The notes beneath the pieces were generated by a model. It made no database searches. It was given only the letters and a program-made list of their open reading frames with translations, and was not told the origin of the DNA. A program made the position numbers and the translations under genes. Of a stretch of DNA of 64,000 bases, positions 35,671 through 46,853 are shown in pieces. Each line of letters starts with the position of its first letter. The first letter of the stretch is position 1. The stretch spans positions 8,308,001-8,372,000 of the forward strand of contig JAYWIR010000001.1 of NCBI GenBank assembly GCA_036172245.1, written 5' to 3'. The DNA is from Raillietiella orientalis (Eukaryota).

Positions 35671-38600
35671 AGGTCCGCGGAATGGCAAACATTCCCAAAA
35701 CGAGGAAGAAGCGCCCAGACGAGGGAGGAGAACCGGACGGACTGCTCCCCTGCCTCCCGGAGATTCTCCTCAAGGGGATTCCGGGAAAGATCAGGGAACC
35801 AAGTTCCAGAAACGTTTCCAGCTTTCAAACCGGAACCCCCTCGGAGAAAACTCGGGGTTCTCCCCCTTCATCCTGGAGAGGGCTATTCTGGGAGGGTGCT
35901 CGCGAGGGTGGTGGGGGAATCGATACGGCACCTTCGAGATGGCTCGGAAGGTCGGCGGAGCCCCGGCAGCGAGCTGGAGCTCTGCTGCCGACGTCCTCGT
36001 TTCGCTCCCCTATGGAACCGGAAGCGGATCTTCCCGATTTCATAGTGCTGCCGCCCTCCGCCACAAAGGCAAGGCGCTGCTCTCCGAAAGAGGGAGGGAG
36101 AGCTTTCGGTCAGAGAGAGAGCCTTGCCGAGTCCATGGTCGGCCGATCCGGAAGACACCTTCGGGGTCGACCGCGGAGGGAAGCCGATACTCACCAGTTG
36201 ACCACTCCTGTTGGGTTCGAGCATGGGGGAGGCGAGAGAGGGAGGAAGGCGAGTCTCCGATAGCAGAAACGCCTGAGGAACGCGCGCGCAGCCGGGGTCA
36301 CGTGACAGCAACACTCTCGCCCCACTGCCACGAGCGTAGGAAGCCTAGCCTCGGCAGGTCCGGCGGGGCGCGCGCGGGAAACCACTCGCGGTGACTCTTC
36401 ATGGGAGGGAGGCGAATCACCGCTCGCGGCTGCTGGTCTCCCGATTGAGCAGAGGAGGCGCTCCATCGCCCTCACAGGAGGTGAGCGGGCGGGGATTCTG
36501 CGGTCCAGCCTCCCCCTCTCCGGAGTACTTTCCAGCAGGGATGTTGCTTTCTCTCGCCTCCCCAAAGCTCGCACGAAAGGAGGAACGAAGAGGAAAGGGA
36601 GGACTCGCTCGTTAACCTGCCATGCAAATTATGGCGCCTCGGATCTTCCCCAAGGAGAGCGCATCCCGCACCCGCACGACCGGCCGCCGGCGGCTGACTT
36701 CCGCGGCCCGTCGCTCGCTCACCGAAGACGCGGCTCCTCCCTCTTCCTGACCCCCATCCTCCTTCTCGAACCGCCGCGCTTCCCCTCCCCCCTCCTGTCA
36801 CCTCCGTCGCTCCCCCCGGGAAGCGAATCCTCAGCTTCCGCATGCCCTGCGAACCGATCGCCTGAGAGCAGCGGGAGAGAGAGGGCTCAGGGTGGGGCCC
36901 TTTGGCGGCTCCGGACGGGGAGGGAGGTTGCGGAGACGGCGACGACAGCCTTCCAGAGACGTTCTTCCTGCTCCAGCCCCTTCAGTTTCGGGGTCACGAC
37001 TGGTCCCTCCAAGTTCCTCCTCCCCCCTTCCTCCTCTTCGTTTTCCCATTTCTTTTCCGAATTCCGAGGACGTGGTGTAGGGCGCTCCTCCAGCCAAGAA
37101 TAGAGTGGATGCGCGATGTCTGCACGCGGAGCCTGAGGACTCCGACGACAGTGGTGGTGCCGCGCAGCTGGAGGACCGGCACCACTGTGGCAAGAGAATG
37201 TGTTCTCGTCCATTCCCTTGGGAGGGGAGAGCAGGTCGGTAAGAGGCGCGGGGATCAATCGGCTCGGCGCGAGAGGGGCGCTTCCCACTTCCGGCCCGCT
37301 TCGCCGGCGACGACGCAGCTCGGCCCGTGAAGCGGAAGGCTAGGGCGAGCAGAACCGATGCATCAGCGCCGCGGACCGAGGGATCGCGGAGTCTTGGGCA
37401 CGGCTCCCCCAGCATCCTTGCTCCCTCGCTGGATCCCCTTGGCTGAGAACAGTGGCGGCTCGGCGGCCGCTGGAATCTCCACCCCTCCGCTCATCTGAAG
37501 GGTCCTACAGCCTCCAGGGCGATTTCCTTCGTGACCGGTGGCAGCGTCCGCATGGCACTCGCGAACGGTGTTGTTCTCCCTAGATCTTGCGGGAGAGGAC
37601 GCCCCACAGGGCTTCAAATTCCTCCTCCTCCTTTTCGGCGAAAAGTCGGCTCCCCTTCACGGGGAGCTTCGCAGGACGCTTCAGTTCTCCCTTTCTTTCT
37701 CCTTCTCCTGCTCCCTACCCTTATCCAATCCTTCTCTCCTCGGACGATGCCGGCAGCTGCCTCTGAAGGCCTTCTTGAAGTTTCCTCCGCCTCCCTTCCC
37801 CTTTCTTCCCTCAGAGACCTGTTGCACCCGCTTCCCTGAGAGGGCACTTACGTGCCCAACTGAGCCACGGATGCTGCAGAGGTGGAAGGAAAGATGGGGC
37901 CTGTGACTGACCCATGCAAGCCCTTCGGGCAAGGTGGACTGGCTTCTGGCTTCCTGCTCTCCAGGTTTCAGAGAGCATCCCGCACTCCTCCGTCGCCGGT
38001 TGAAAGGAAGACGCCTATCCCCCACCCCCTATCTCGGCGGCGTTCCCAAGCGGCATTGGCAGTGGCTTTGTGTCCAGAGCAAGGAAGTCGTAACAAGCGG
38101 GAGTGGAACTGAGAGCCTCCTCGAGGAAGTCACCAGAAAACGGACTGGAGCAACAGGATGAGGTGGGGGAGGCAGGCTGGAAGGAAAGAAAAGGAGCTTT
38201 GAGCCATCTTGAGATGGCTCAGTGCTGTGAACAGGAGCCGCAGTCGAGCGATCTCTTGGATGTGTTCCTCCCATTCCTTTTCCCCCTCCTCCTCCGCAGC
38301 AAATGCAAGAGCTCTCATGGATTCTCCTCCCAAAGTTCCGGAGCTCTTCTTAAAGTCACCTCCTTCAGGGCACATGTGACAATCCCGGTGGTTAGGATAA
38401 GAGTCCTGGAGATTAGGGCAATTACTCCTCCCAGCTTGTTAGGAATTGATCGTACAAAAATATTTTCAGTATTAACTTAAAAAATTTTAAATTTAATTAT
38501 TTTAAATTGGACACGGAGACTTTTTGAGAGTCACGGACCGGGCGGAATGGGAAGTTGCATCGGTGACTATGGTGCTACGCGTTTCCCTCCCAAGCCTTTC

Positions 38601-38759
38601 CCCTTTCTCCCGTACATCACCAAACCAGAAAAAGAAGGGAAGGCAGACGTCCTTTCTCTGTCCCGAGAGCTCGGAGCAGCATTGGGACTTCCTGGAAAGA
38701 GGCGAGGGTCAGCAGCGACCGGAGCCACGGTGCACAATGGACCGTAAAGGGGAGGTTAG

Positions 38760-39300
38760 CTGACGGGTTTCCTGAGGTTGCCACTCAGACACGCCAGGAC
38801 ATCTGTTGAACGACAGTAAACCTGCAGCGATTGTGGTAGGCCAAGTGGTCCCACCACACTCAACAATGGACCTACCTGGTTGCTGGCACGCAGACCGGCG
38901 AGGTTGACCTCGGCAGAGGTGGGGGAGGAGGATTCAAAAAGAGAAATAAAATGAAAGAATAAATAAAAATGGACCGGGAAGGAATCACGGTCCGCTGGAG
39001 GAATCCTTTGCATCCTTTCCGGGATGACCGGCTAGTTCCGTCTGGAAAGTACCTAGGTGGGGCTATGGCTGCTATCCGCAGAAAGCGAATCGCTGACTGG
39101 ACGGCATCACTCTCGTTTCTTCCTCTGTCGGCTTCGCTCCAGGGTGTCACGATCCCGCGAATGCAGCAAAGAGATGCTGAGGCTGTGGCTGGCGGAAGGG
39201 CATGCCGAACGAAGAGGAGGCGTAAAACTTCCCTGGGGGGTGCCAACCGGAGTCCTCAGGGTCGTCCCAAAACGTTCCCACAGGGGCCGGAGGCAGCAGG
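38760..39300 (-). mobile_element. L1/Tx1-type LINE 3' end, inverted relative to 35130-35670
   Basis: LRPLWERFG and PREVLRLLFVRHALPPATASASLCCIRGI..WSEAD match PRDALRLLLRDALHPAAALASVCCIHGI..WSEAD at 35.2 kb. The two share a T-rich UTR stretch. Confidence 0.7.
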
Positions 39301-41259
39301 TTTCCTGGGAGAATAGAGTGACAAGGAAGAAAGGGGCCGCGGACAACAGGAACCTTCCAAGGTCGGAGATGCGATGGCGAGGCCAAAGAAACTGCACGCG
39401 AAAGTCGTCTCTCCAGGAGACGAGAAGCGGTTGTGTGGCGAGGCACCCTTGGCGCACAGCGGAGGTCCTGAAGAACGGACGAGGGGCCTCGTCGAAGATC
39501 AACGGGAGAGCGACGAGCAAGAAGCGACGAGCGGGAAAAAGCCCCCGGGGGGAGGGGCACAGAGGAGCGGCGGCAACGTGGAGGCAGCTGCGTGGAGAGA
39601 GATGGGACGGAGGATCTTCGAGGAAGGAAGGGAAAGTGAGCGAGTAAGGGAAAAGCCCGGCGAGGAAGCAGCAATGCCTGGGACCATCCAGAGGAACGAC
39701 AGCCCATAAAGGGAAGGATAGAATGAGAGCAGTCTCACAAAGTTAAAGGATGGTTCAGAAGACAGGAAGGGAGGGGAGGGCATGGAAACGATCGAGGAGC
39801 TACAAATTCCCTCTCAGCTCCCTAGAAATGGGTGTTCTCGAGAGCTGTACAGAGGAGCGACGTTTGCGGGAGGACATCGGAATCCCCTGTCTCCCGACCT
39901 TGCGGAGGGACTGCTTTTTCCTCTGGGTAGCCGTTGCTTCCGGAGTAGGGATCGAGTGTCCATGACAAGAGGCAGGAGAAAGGCGCGCCGCTAGAAGAAA
40001 CCGACTAGAGAGAGTGCCCTCGGTGCAGGTGGAAGGGAGCAAACTTCGTCTTCCTTCCTTTGGCGGCTCTGGATTCGCAAGACAGGAGGCGGAGACACGA
40101 CTTGCTCTTGTCGACCGCTGATGCCGCAGCTCTCCTCTACTCCCCTCGACCTGAAGGCAGCTCAAGCTGGATATGATGATGTCGGCGAAGGAAGGAGGAG
40201 GGAAGGGTAGACAGGAAAGGGGGAAGCCAAGGATCCTCAGCAAGCGAGGCGGGAAGGATCGAAGAAGCATCCGACCTCGGGGAGAAGACGGGAGAAGGAG
40301 GCAGAGAGGGAGGAATCGGTGTCCTCGGTAACCGTCGCGAAGGGAGCGTGTGCGCTGCTGCCCTCGGCATGGACATGAGAGAAGAGGAGCTCCGTCCTCC
40401 CTCCTCCCTTACGCTCGCTTAAGGAGCAGACGCTGCGGAGGATCGAAGAGTGAAAACCGGAGCGGTCTCCGAGCTCAAAGCGACCGCCGACATGATTCAG
40501 CACGGGCGCGAAAGCTTTGGAAGCTGCGTGGGAGAGACGAGGGTCTCACCCGCGTCAGGCTGGGGAGGGGGAAGTCAGCAAAAAAAAAAACCGGGAGGAG
40601 AAAGAACAAGAAGGAAGGTCTGAGGGGGACCGAACCGAAATAGCACAGCATCCGACGAGACGGGAGTGAGGACCCATCTGCCATCAGAAGTAATTAAGAA
40701 GTCGTCAGGGGCGCGGCATACGATTTCTGGTCCTCGGCAGGAGCGGAGAGCTGCCTTGGCGACCCGCGTCAGGGGGGACAACCGTGGCTGACGGGATAAT
40801 TACAAATCGCAAGACGCAAAGCCGAAGCGCAGGAGCAGAAGAATGCGGGTCCGGGGCCACGCGGAGGGGAGGAGGCCGCGGCTTGGGCGGCGATCCCAAG
40901 ACTCGGAGCTTCCCCCCTCGAGGAGGGCTTCTAGTAGAGCTGCCAGGGCGCCTCCGATCCCTCGGGTCTCCGCGGGTCAGCGAGCCGGCCTAAGGGAAGC
41001 CGGCAGGGTGCCAATGGCTCAGCCAACCGCCTCCCGCCGTACACTCGACAGTTGCCGGGAGGAAGGGGAAAGTCCGTCTTCATCGTACGGAGGTGAAGGC
41101 ATGAAGGCAACTCTGGAAGGTGGAGCGCTCCCTTGCTCCTGGAGGGCGTCCTCGCTGGCAGGGAAGCAGGGACTCCGCGGCTGCTGCCTTCCAGAGGTGG
41201 ACTTCCGAGGGAGACTGCCGAGCAGCAGGCGGGGCGGAGGGGAGCAGCGAGGACTGGAA

Positions 41260-41605
41260 ATGGCGACCATGGAAAACGAGGATAACAATGGAAATCAGCG
41301 CCGTCGTCCTAGCAACCGCAGGGGTAGCAACGGCGATTCGGATAGCAGCAATGCAAGCGCCGGCGAAGTGAACGAGGAATCACCATAACAGCGGCAAGGG
41401 TGAGCAAGTACAACAATGAAGACAGCAACAATGGAGAACTCAGTAGGCTAGAAACCGACGGCAAGGGTTACAGCGATTAGAGTTCCACAACAATGATGAG
41501 AAGAGGCATGGAGACAATCGACCGTTCTCGGCAGCAATCGAGATAAGAACGATGATCGCAGCGGCGATCATAACCATGACAACCATGGAAATCAGCGGCA
41601 ACAGA
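41260..41605. repeat. Eroded trinucleotide-period tract (AAC/AAT/GAT-like)
   Basis: Recurrent ACAATG, AGCAAC, GATGAT and CATGGAAA with 3-bp periodicity. Confidence 0.55.
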
Positions 41606-43949
41606 GAGGGGCAAAAGCTCTTCGAGGTCATATGTCTGGACGCCTCCGTCCGGGTGCCCCTTCCGTTCCGAGTCGAGGAGGGGTGAGCGAATCGGTCGCC
41701 CTCGAACTGACTCGCGAGAAGGCGAGCCGAGGTCCCGCCGATGGGGTGCTGTCACTCGAGCATCCGCAGCGGCCGCGGACCCAAATTGGCAAGCCAAACC
41801 AAACAAGAAGGTGTGTCCAGTCTTCCCGAAGAGGATAATTACCCTGTCAAGACAACGCTGGAGGAAAACAAACCATGGCCAGGGGCGGAAGGAAAGGTCA
41901 ATTTTATTTTCATCTTTTTTTTTCCTTTTTCCTTTTTCTTTTCCCGAAACGAAGAAAAGAAAAGCGGAGAGGAAAGGAAAAGGAAAAACCAATTACGGGG
42001 AGGGACAGGAGAGGCTTCGGGGGGAACCTCCCAGTGGTCGACTTCAGCTCGGAGATTAGAGCGCAAGAAGCTGGAGAGAAAGAGGGGGCGGGCTCGCGCG
42101 GCGGCAAGCGGGTTCTGGAGGAGGAGTGGCGCTCGGTGGGAGGTAGCGAGGAGAGGGGGAAGCCTGGATGCAGGTGGCGCGGGACGAGGTCTCCCGCAAT
42201 CCTCCGACCGAGGCGACACACGACCCCCGGAGGGTCAAAGTCCCCCGTAGGATGGAGAGGAAAAAAAAACAAAGCAAAGCAAAGCAAAACAAAACGAAAA
42301 GCGAGTAAAAATTGCGAAAGAGAAGAAGCAGTAAGATGGCGGTTGACCTGGAGGAAAACGTGCTTCGGCGGGCCAATCAGGGAATGCCGTTGAATCAGCA
42401 GGCATGGCGCACGCTCTCGGGTGTATTCCACGTCTCCCTGCATGTGGAGGTAGAAGGAGAGGGAGATGGAAGGAGGGCAAAAATGAATATGGTCCGATCG
42501 GTAGCCGGACCGGTCTGGAGGGGCAGGTAGGAGGGCAGCCCGTCGCCCTACCCGGCATTCGGAGCCGCGTTTCAAGAGATCTTCGAAGAACTGCCGAGAG
42601 ACATCTGCGTTCTACCTGCCGAACTAAAAGGCTCAACGACGGTGAGCCCAGGGGAGAAGGGTTAAGGCAGTTTCCCTCTCAATCCCCTTCCCCGTTTCCG
42701 GAGCTTCACGGTGCAGTGATTCCCCGCGAATACCCTTCGCACTACCGGACCTACGGGAAGGAGATGTCCCGTTCGGGTGGTGGACCCAGGACGCACCTCC
42801 CGCAGGATTGCGGAAGGGGCGGGCGGGTGGGCGGGACCCTGGGACGAGAGAAAGGGCGGCTCCATCCCCAGTGCTGCAGCCTCCGCCTGCACGTTCTGCC
42901 TGGGACTCGGATTAATCGGTACCGAGGGGTTGCCTGGGGAACGCGCGCCCCGCCACGCAGCGCGTCCCGACTCCTTCCTTCCGGGAATCCCCCTTTCAGA
43001 AATCGGAGCGCCATTAAATTAAGCGGTCGGCGTTTAGTGGGATAGAGGGAGACCCCTCCTGGATGGGGAAGAAAACGGGGGACGCCCCGTTTTCTCGGGA
43101 AGCGCGCTCGCGCGTCCGGACGGGAACGGGAAAGAGTCGCTTCCCTCCCAAGGGACTCCCCGCGGTCCAGAGAGGGGGAAGCAGGAAAGACGCAATCGAT
43201 GAGCGGCGTTTAGCGAAATCATCAGTCGGGCTGGGGCTGCAGAGGGTGGAGGGGGAGGGGTGGGGGAGGAGGGGAGTCTCCGAAGAGCGTCCACGTGCGA
43301 GTAGAGGAGGAGGAGGGGTAGCGCCCGCGGGAACGGCTGTGGCAGCGGTGGAGGGAAGGGCGCTGGCCCCACACAGGGAGCGCGCGACGTGGTCGGATGT
43401 CTCCAGGGAGACGGGAAAGAGGTGAGGACTGCCTCTGCATGGGGTTGCTCACTGACACGCGCCGAGCTCCCGAGGGAGGGGAGGAGGAAGTCTGGACTGC
43501 GGGAAGGAAAGGGGAGGGGATGCGCGAGTATCCGAGGGAGGACGGGGGAGGAAGGGGAAACTGGGACTCACCTTCCCGGAGAGGCGGAAGGGAGGAGGGG
43601 TGGACGCTCCGTGCAGTCCCAGAAGTGGAGTACAGAGGCGGCACAGGTGACAGGTGGAGGGGGGGGGAATTCGGGAGTCCACGACCTGGGGCGGAAGCAG
43701 GACATCCCAGAGTCTCGGGTCCTACTCCCGACCGTTCTCTTCTGCGCACCCTCCATCGTATGGGACTTCCCGAGGCATCGAGGACCACAAAGTCGTGCCG
43801 GAAATACGAGAGACGAAAAACAGGAAAGGTAGGAGGAAGGGATCGAAATTACCGAATGGGGTGAGAGTGGATCCTCGGAGGCAGTTTTGCACAGGAATGG
43901 AGAAGGAAGCGGGAGGGGTGGAATGGATGGAGCTGACGAGGAGAAGAAG

Positions 43950-44400
43950 CAGTTTGCTCCTAGGGAGGCAGGGATGCGTGGAAACAAGGTGTCCTGACTG
44001 CCTGCGGCGGGACATTGCGCTTCTGGAGGTGGTTCCAAGTATCGACGCTCACCCCTCTCCCGCCGATGCCTGGAGTCGGACGGAAGGATCCAGGTGGCAA
44101 GGTGGTGGCGTACTGCAAGCAGGGAACGGGAGCGTCGTGACCATCCTACCCAGGTAGGAAACACGGGAGCACAGAGGAGAGCTCCCACTCGCTTGCAGCC
44201 AGTGTCCAGACCTCCCCGGAAAGGGCTATGGGAGGGAAGAGAGGTTGAAGGGATGGAAGAGGAGGAGGAGGGGAGAAGAGGAGGGGAAAGGCCAAAGGTC
44301 TCAGGGTTGCTGCGATGCCAAGCCTCCCCTTCCTCCGCAGGGGTTCCCACGTCGCGAGCCAGCCTCCGTTTGATCCGCGGCGACACGTGCAAACCCCGGT
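43950..44400 (-). mobile_element. Degenerate L1/Tx1-type LINE C-terminal fragment
   Basis: TPAEE/GRGGLA (like PxxxGGLG), then WILPSDSRHR...QCPAAGSQDTL (zf-RVT-like). Confidence 0.35.
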
Positions 44401-44609
44401 TGGTCCCAGTCACCGTGCTCCCAGAGACCCTCCTATCCGCTTCGCACCCCAGAGCCCCGGCAAAGAGTCGATGCGGCGGATCCCCTGCCACGAGAGACCG
44501 AGTCGCGCGACGGGACGCCGGAGAACACGCCAGCATCCTCCGTGTCCCTCGTTCCCTCCTCCTCACCCTTCTTGCGGCGACGGCACCTTCCTCGCTGCCA
44601 GCGAGGGCG

Positions 44610-44825
44610 ATTTCGTGCATCGCAACAACGGTGTTCCCGGTGCCCATTGTGGTGAACGCTGACGCCGATGGTGGCGCCTTCGCTGCTCCGTGACGATGAC
44701 CTGCCCGCGTAATGCTGTCGCCGTTCAGCTCGTGACATCGACAGCGGTCTTACTGACAGTGGAGGTGGTGACGCCCACGCTGCTGACAGTGGTGATGACG
44801 GACAGGAACGACGGTGATCGCAAAG
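44610..44825. repeat. Eroded trinucleotide-period tract (GAT/GGT/GAC-like)
   Basis: GTGACGATGAC, GGTGGTGAC, GGTGATGAC and GCTGCTGAC recur. Confidence 0.5.
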
Positions 44826-45499
44826 ATGGGTTTTCCCTTATCCCCTTCCTTCCCGGGAGGCTGCGGTTCCACGAGGGCTAGGGCGCTTGCACGGCCGCTT
44901 GAGCTGACCCGCAGGAATCTTCGCATCCGACGCGACCATCGATTCCTTCCCGGAGCGGCGGCGGAGCCTACAGAACGAGACGACCCCACATTCTGACCTC
45001 CGAAAGTACCCCGCCACCAGCTGAGCGTCGCCCCGCATGGAGAGGAGAGGTGGGGGGAAGAAGACAGCGTCGACTCCTCTTCTGCTGATCCACCCCTCCC
45101 TTCGGAGACGCACATTTTCGCTATGGAGGATCAGACCGAAGTCCTGGAAGATCCTGGCCGTGTTCTCAGCACGCAGCGGGGAAAAATCCCGTCTCCCGCA
45201 GGGACGGCGATCAAATCCCTGCTCCTCTCATCCTGCTCCTCTTTTGGAGTGGGAGCCAGCTCGTGTCCCACGCTCAAGGGATGAGAAGTCAGTCTTGCCC
45301 AGTGGGGGGTAGGTGACCCCTGAGATCCCAGCTTCTAGGACCTCTGGACTGCCGACTTTCGAGAGGCTGGCCCTCCTGCTCTCCCCCTCTCTCCACGGTT
45401 CCTTCCTGTCTGCCGTGGATGCCCGGAAGCTCGACCCGTCTCTGTCGCCAGGGGAAGCACGGAGCGTTCCAGGTTCTGCCGCTGGCGTCAAAGACCGCA

Positions 45500-46250
45500 G
45501 CTGCACCTCGGAACCTCCTGGAGCCAGTGCGAGAGAAGTTACCCCTCTACACGGTGCCACAGACGCGTGTGCCGCGCAGGACGAGAACTCCACGAGGAGA
45601 TGCTGGATCCTCGCAACGGAAGACGGAGCCGGGAGTGTCATGAGAAGATTCGATACGCGGAAGTCCCTGGGCGCGCCGTCGTCACGGAGATTGGGGACTC
45701 CCCCAAAGGTTGCAAGGAGGGTGTCCGGAGCTCGTGCGACCCTGCCGCGCTCGCCACTCCCTCTCGTGCCTGTGCTCGTCTCAGTCCGACTCCGCTTCGC
45801 CCCAGGGGAATCGAAGATCAGCAGGAGCAAAATGGAGGCGTGGAAGGTGGGAGTTCGAGGCAAGGCTGGGAAGCGCAGGTACTAGACCGCGGGCACCCTG
45901 CGCTCGTGCATGGCTCGCGTGAGTGCGCCAGCCCCACGCAGACCCGGCATCCTCCGGGCCCGATGGGGAGCTCAAGGACGCGGTCCCGGCCGCCATAACA
46001 CATGCCGAGAGCATCGTCTGGACCATCAGCAGGCAGAGGAGGCTGTGGTCTGAGTCCACGGCATGGAGTCGGCGGTTGCGTCCAGGAAAACGTGGATGGA
46101 GCCTCCCCGCGCAGCGGCACTCATAGCACGGCGAGCGGAGGATCCGGTGCCAGCGTTCTAAGGGATCGCCGCGAACCGCGCAGTACTCCTCCCTTCCCCG
46201 CGGGACACCATCGGTCGTCACGGCGTGCAGCGAAGAAATTGGAGGGTCAG
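45500..46250 (-). mobile_element. Possible degenerate LINE (RTE-like) endonuclease / RT start
   Basis: SLHAVT (YAPT-like), VRGDP, HRILRS, AVDSDHSLL, then ARAPD and PCRGVTSL (like NYRGISL). Confidence 0.3.
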
Positions 46251-46595
46251 AACACGAGGCGCCAGCGCCAACCGCAAACCCCGTGGCAGCTGGAGCGTCG
46301 CTCGCGGTATGACAGGCGGAGCGTGGCTGAGGCGAGCGCGCCATCGTCTCCCCCCACCCACCCTGAGAATTGGGGCGAGACCAGGGTTTTTTCCGGAGGG
46401 GTCTGTCCCGGCCACTTCTCGCTTCTTCCCCGGAAGGAGCCCGGAAATGATCCGCTCCTAGTTTCCTCCTCTGAAGAGGACCCCGAAGGGATGTTCCCGG
46501 TTTCTCTGAAGGGAGCCGTCCCCGAAGGGAGCAGCACGCTTCTTATGCTCTGGAGGGACAACCCGCGAAGGGGGTATTAACCATCCCCATGTCAC

Positions 46596-46853
46596 GACCC
46601 CCTTTTCGCAACTGGGAGGGGACTCCAAAGGGCCCCTTGATTCCTAGAAGGGAACGGGAGGGTCCACTGCCAATCCCGGCCACTCGGCGGAGGTTTCCGG
46701 GTTACGCGAGTACTGCATCCGAAGCCAACCAGCGTTCATCTTGTGGGAGGAACTCGAACTCACGATGCACCCCCATTCCTCGGCCCTTCCTCTTCTGGGA
46801 TTCGAACCCGAGACGCTCGGTGCCACGAACAGAGGCCGCAGCCGCACGGCCGC
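46596..46853 (-). mobile_element. tRNA-derived SINE, copy 1
   Basis: A-box-like GGCCGTGCGG (46851-46842), B-box GGGTTCGAATCCC (46809-46797) 32 nt later, and a second B-box-like GAGTTCGAGTTCCT (46761-46748). Collinear homology with 57021-57363. Confidence 0.65.

Noticed and set aside
37550..38150. Possible plus-strand LINE relic (LFSLDL, PCKPFGQGGLA)
   Set aside because: Only two short motif resemblances, too weak to annotate.
39420..39500. SAVRQGCL resembling the RT motif GVRQGCP
   Set aside because: Isolated motif directly beside a 3'-end fragment. It may be a deletion junction but is unsupported by neighbouring motifs.
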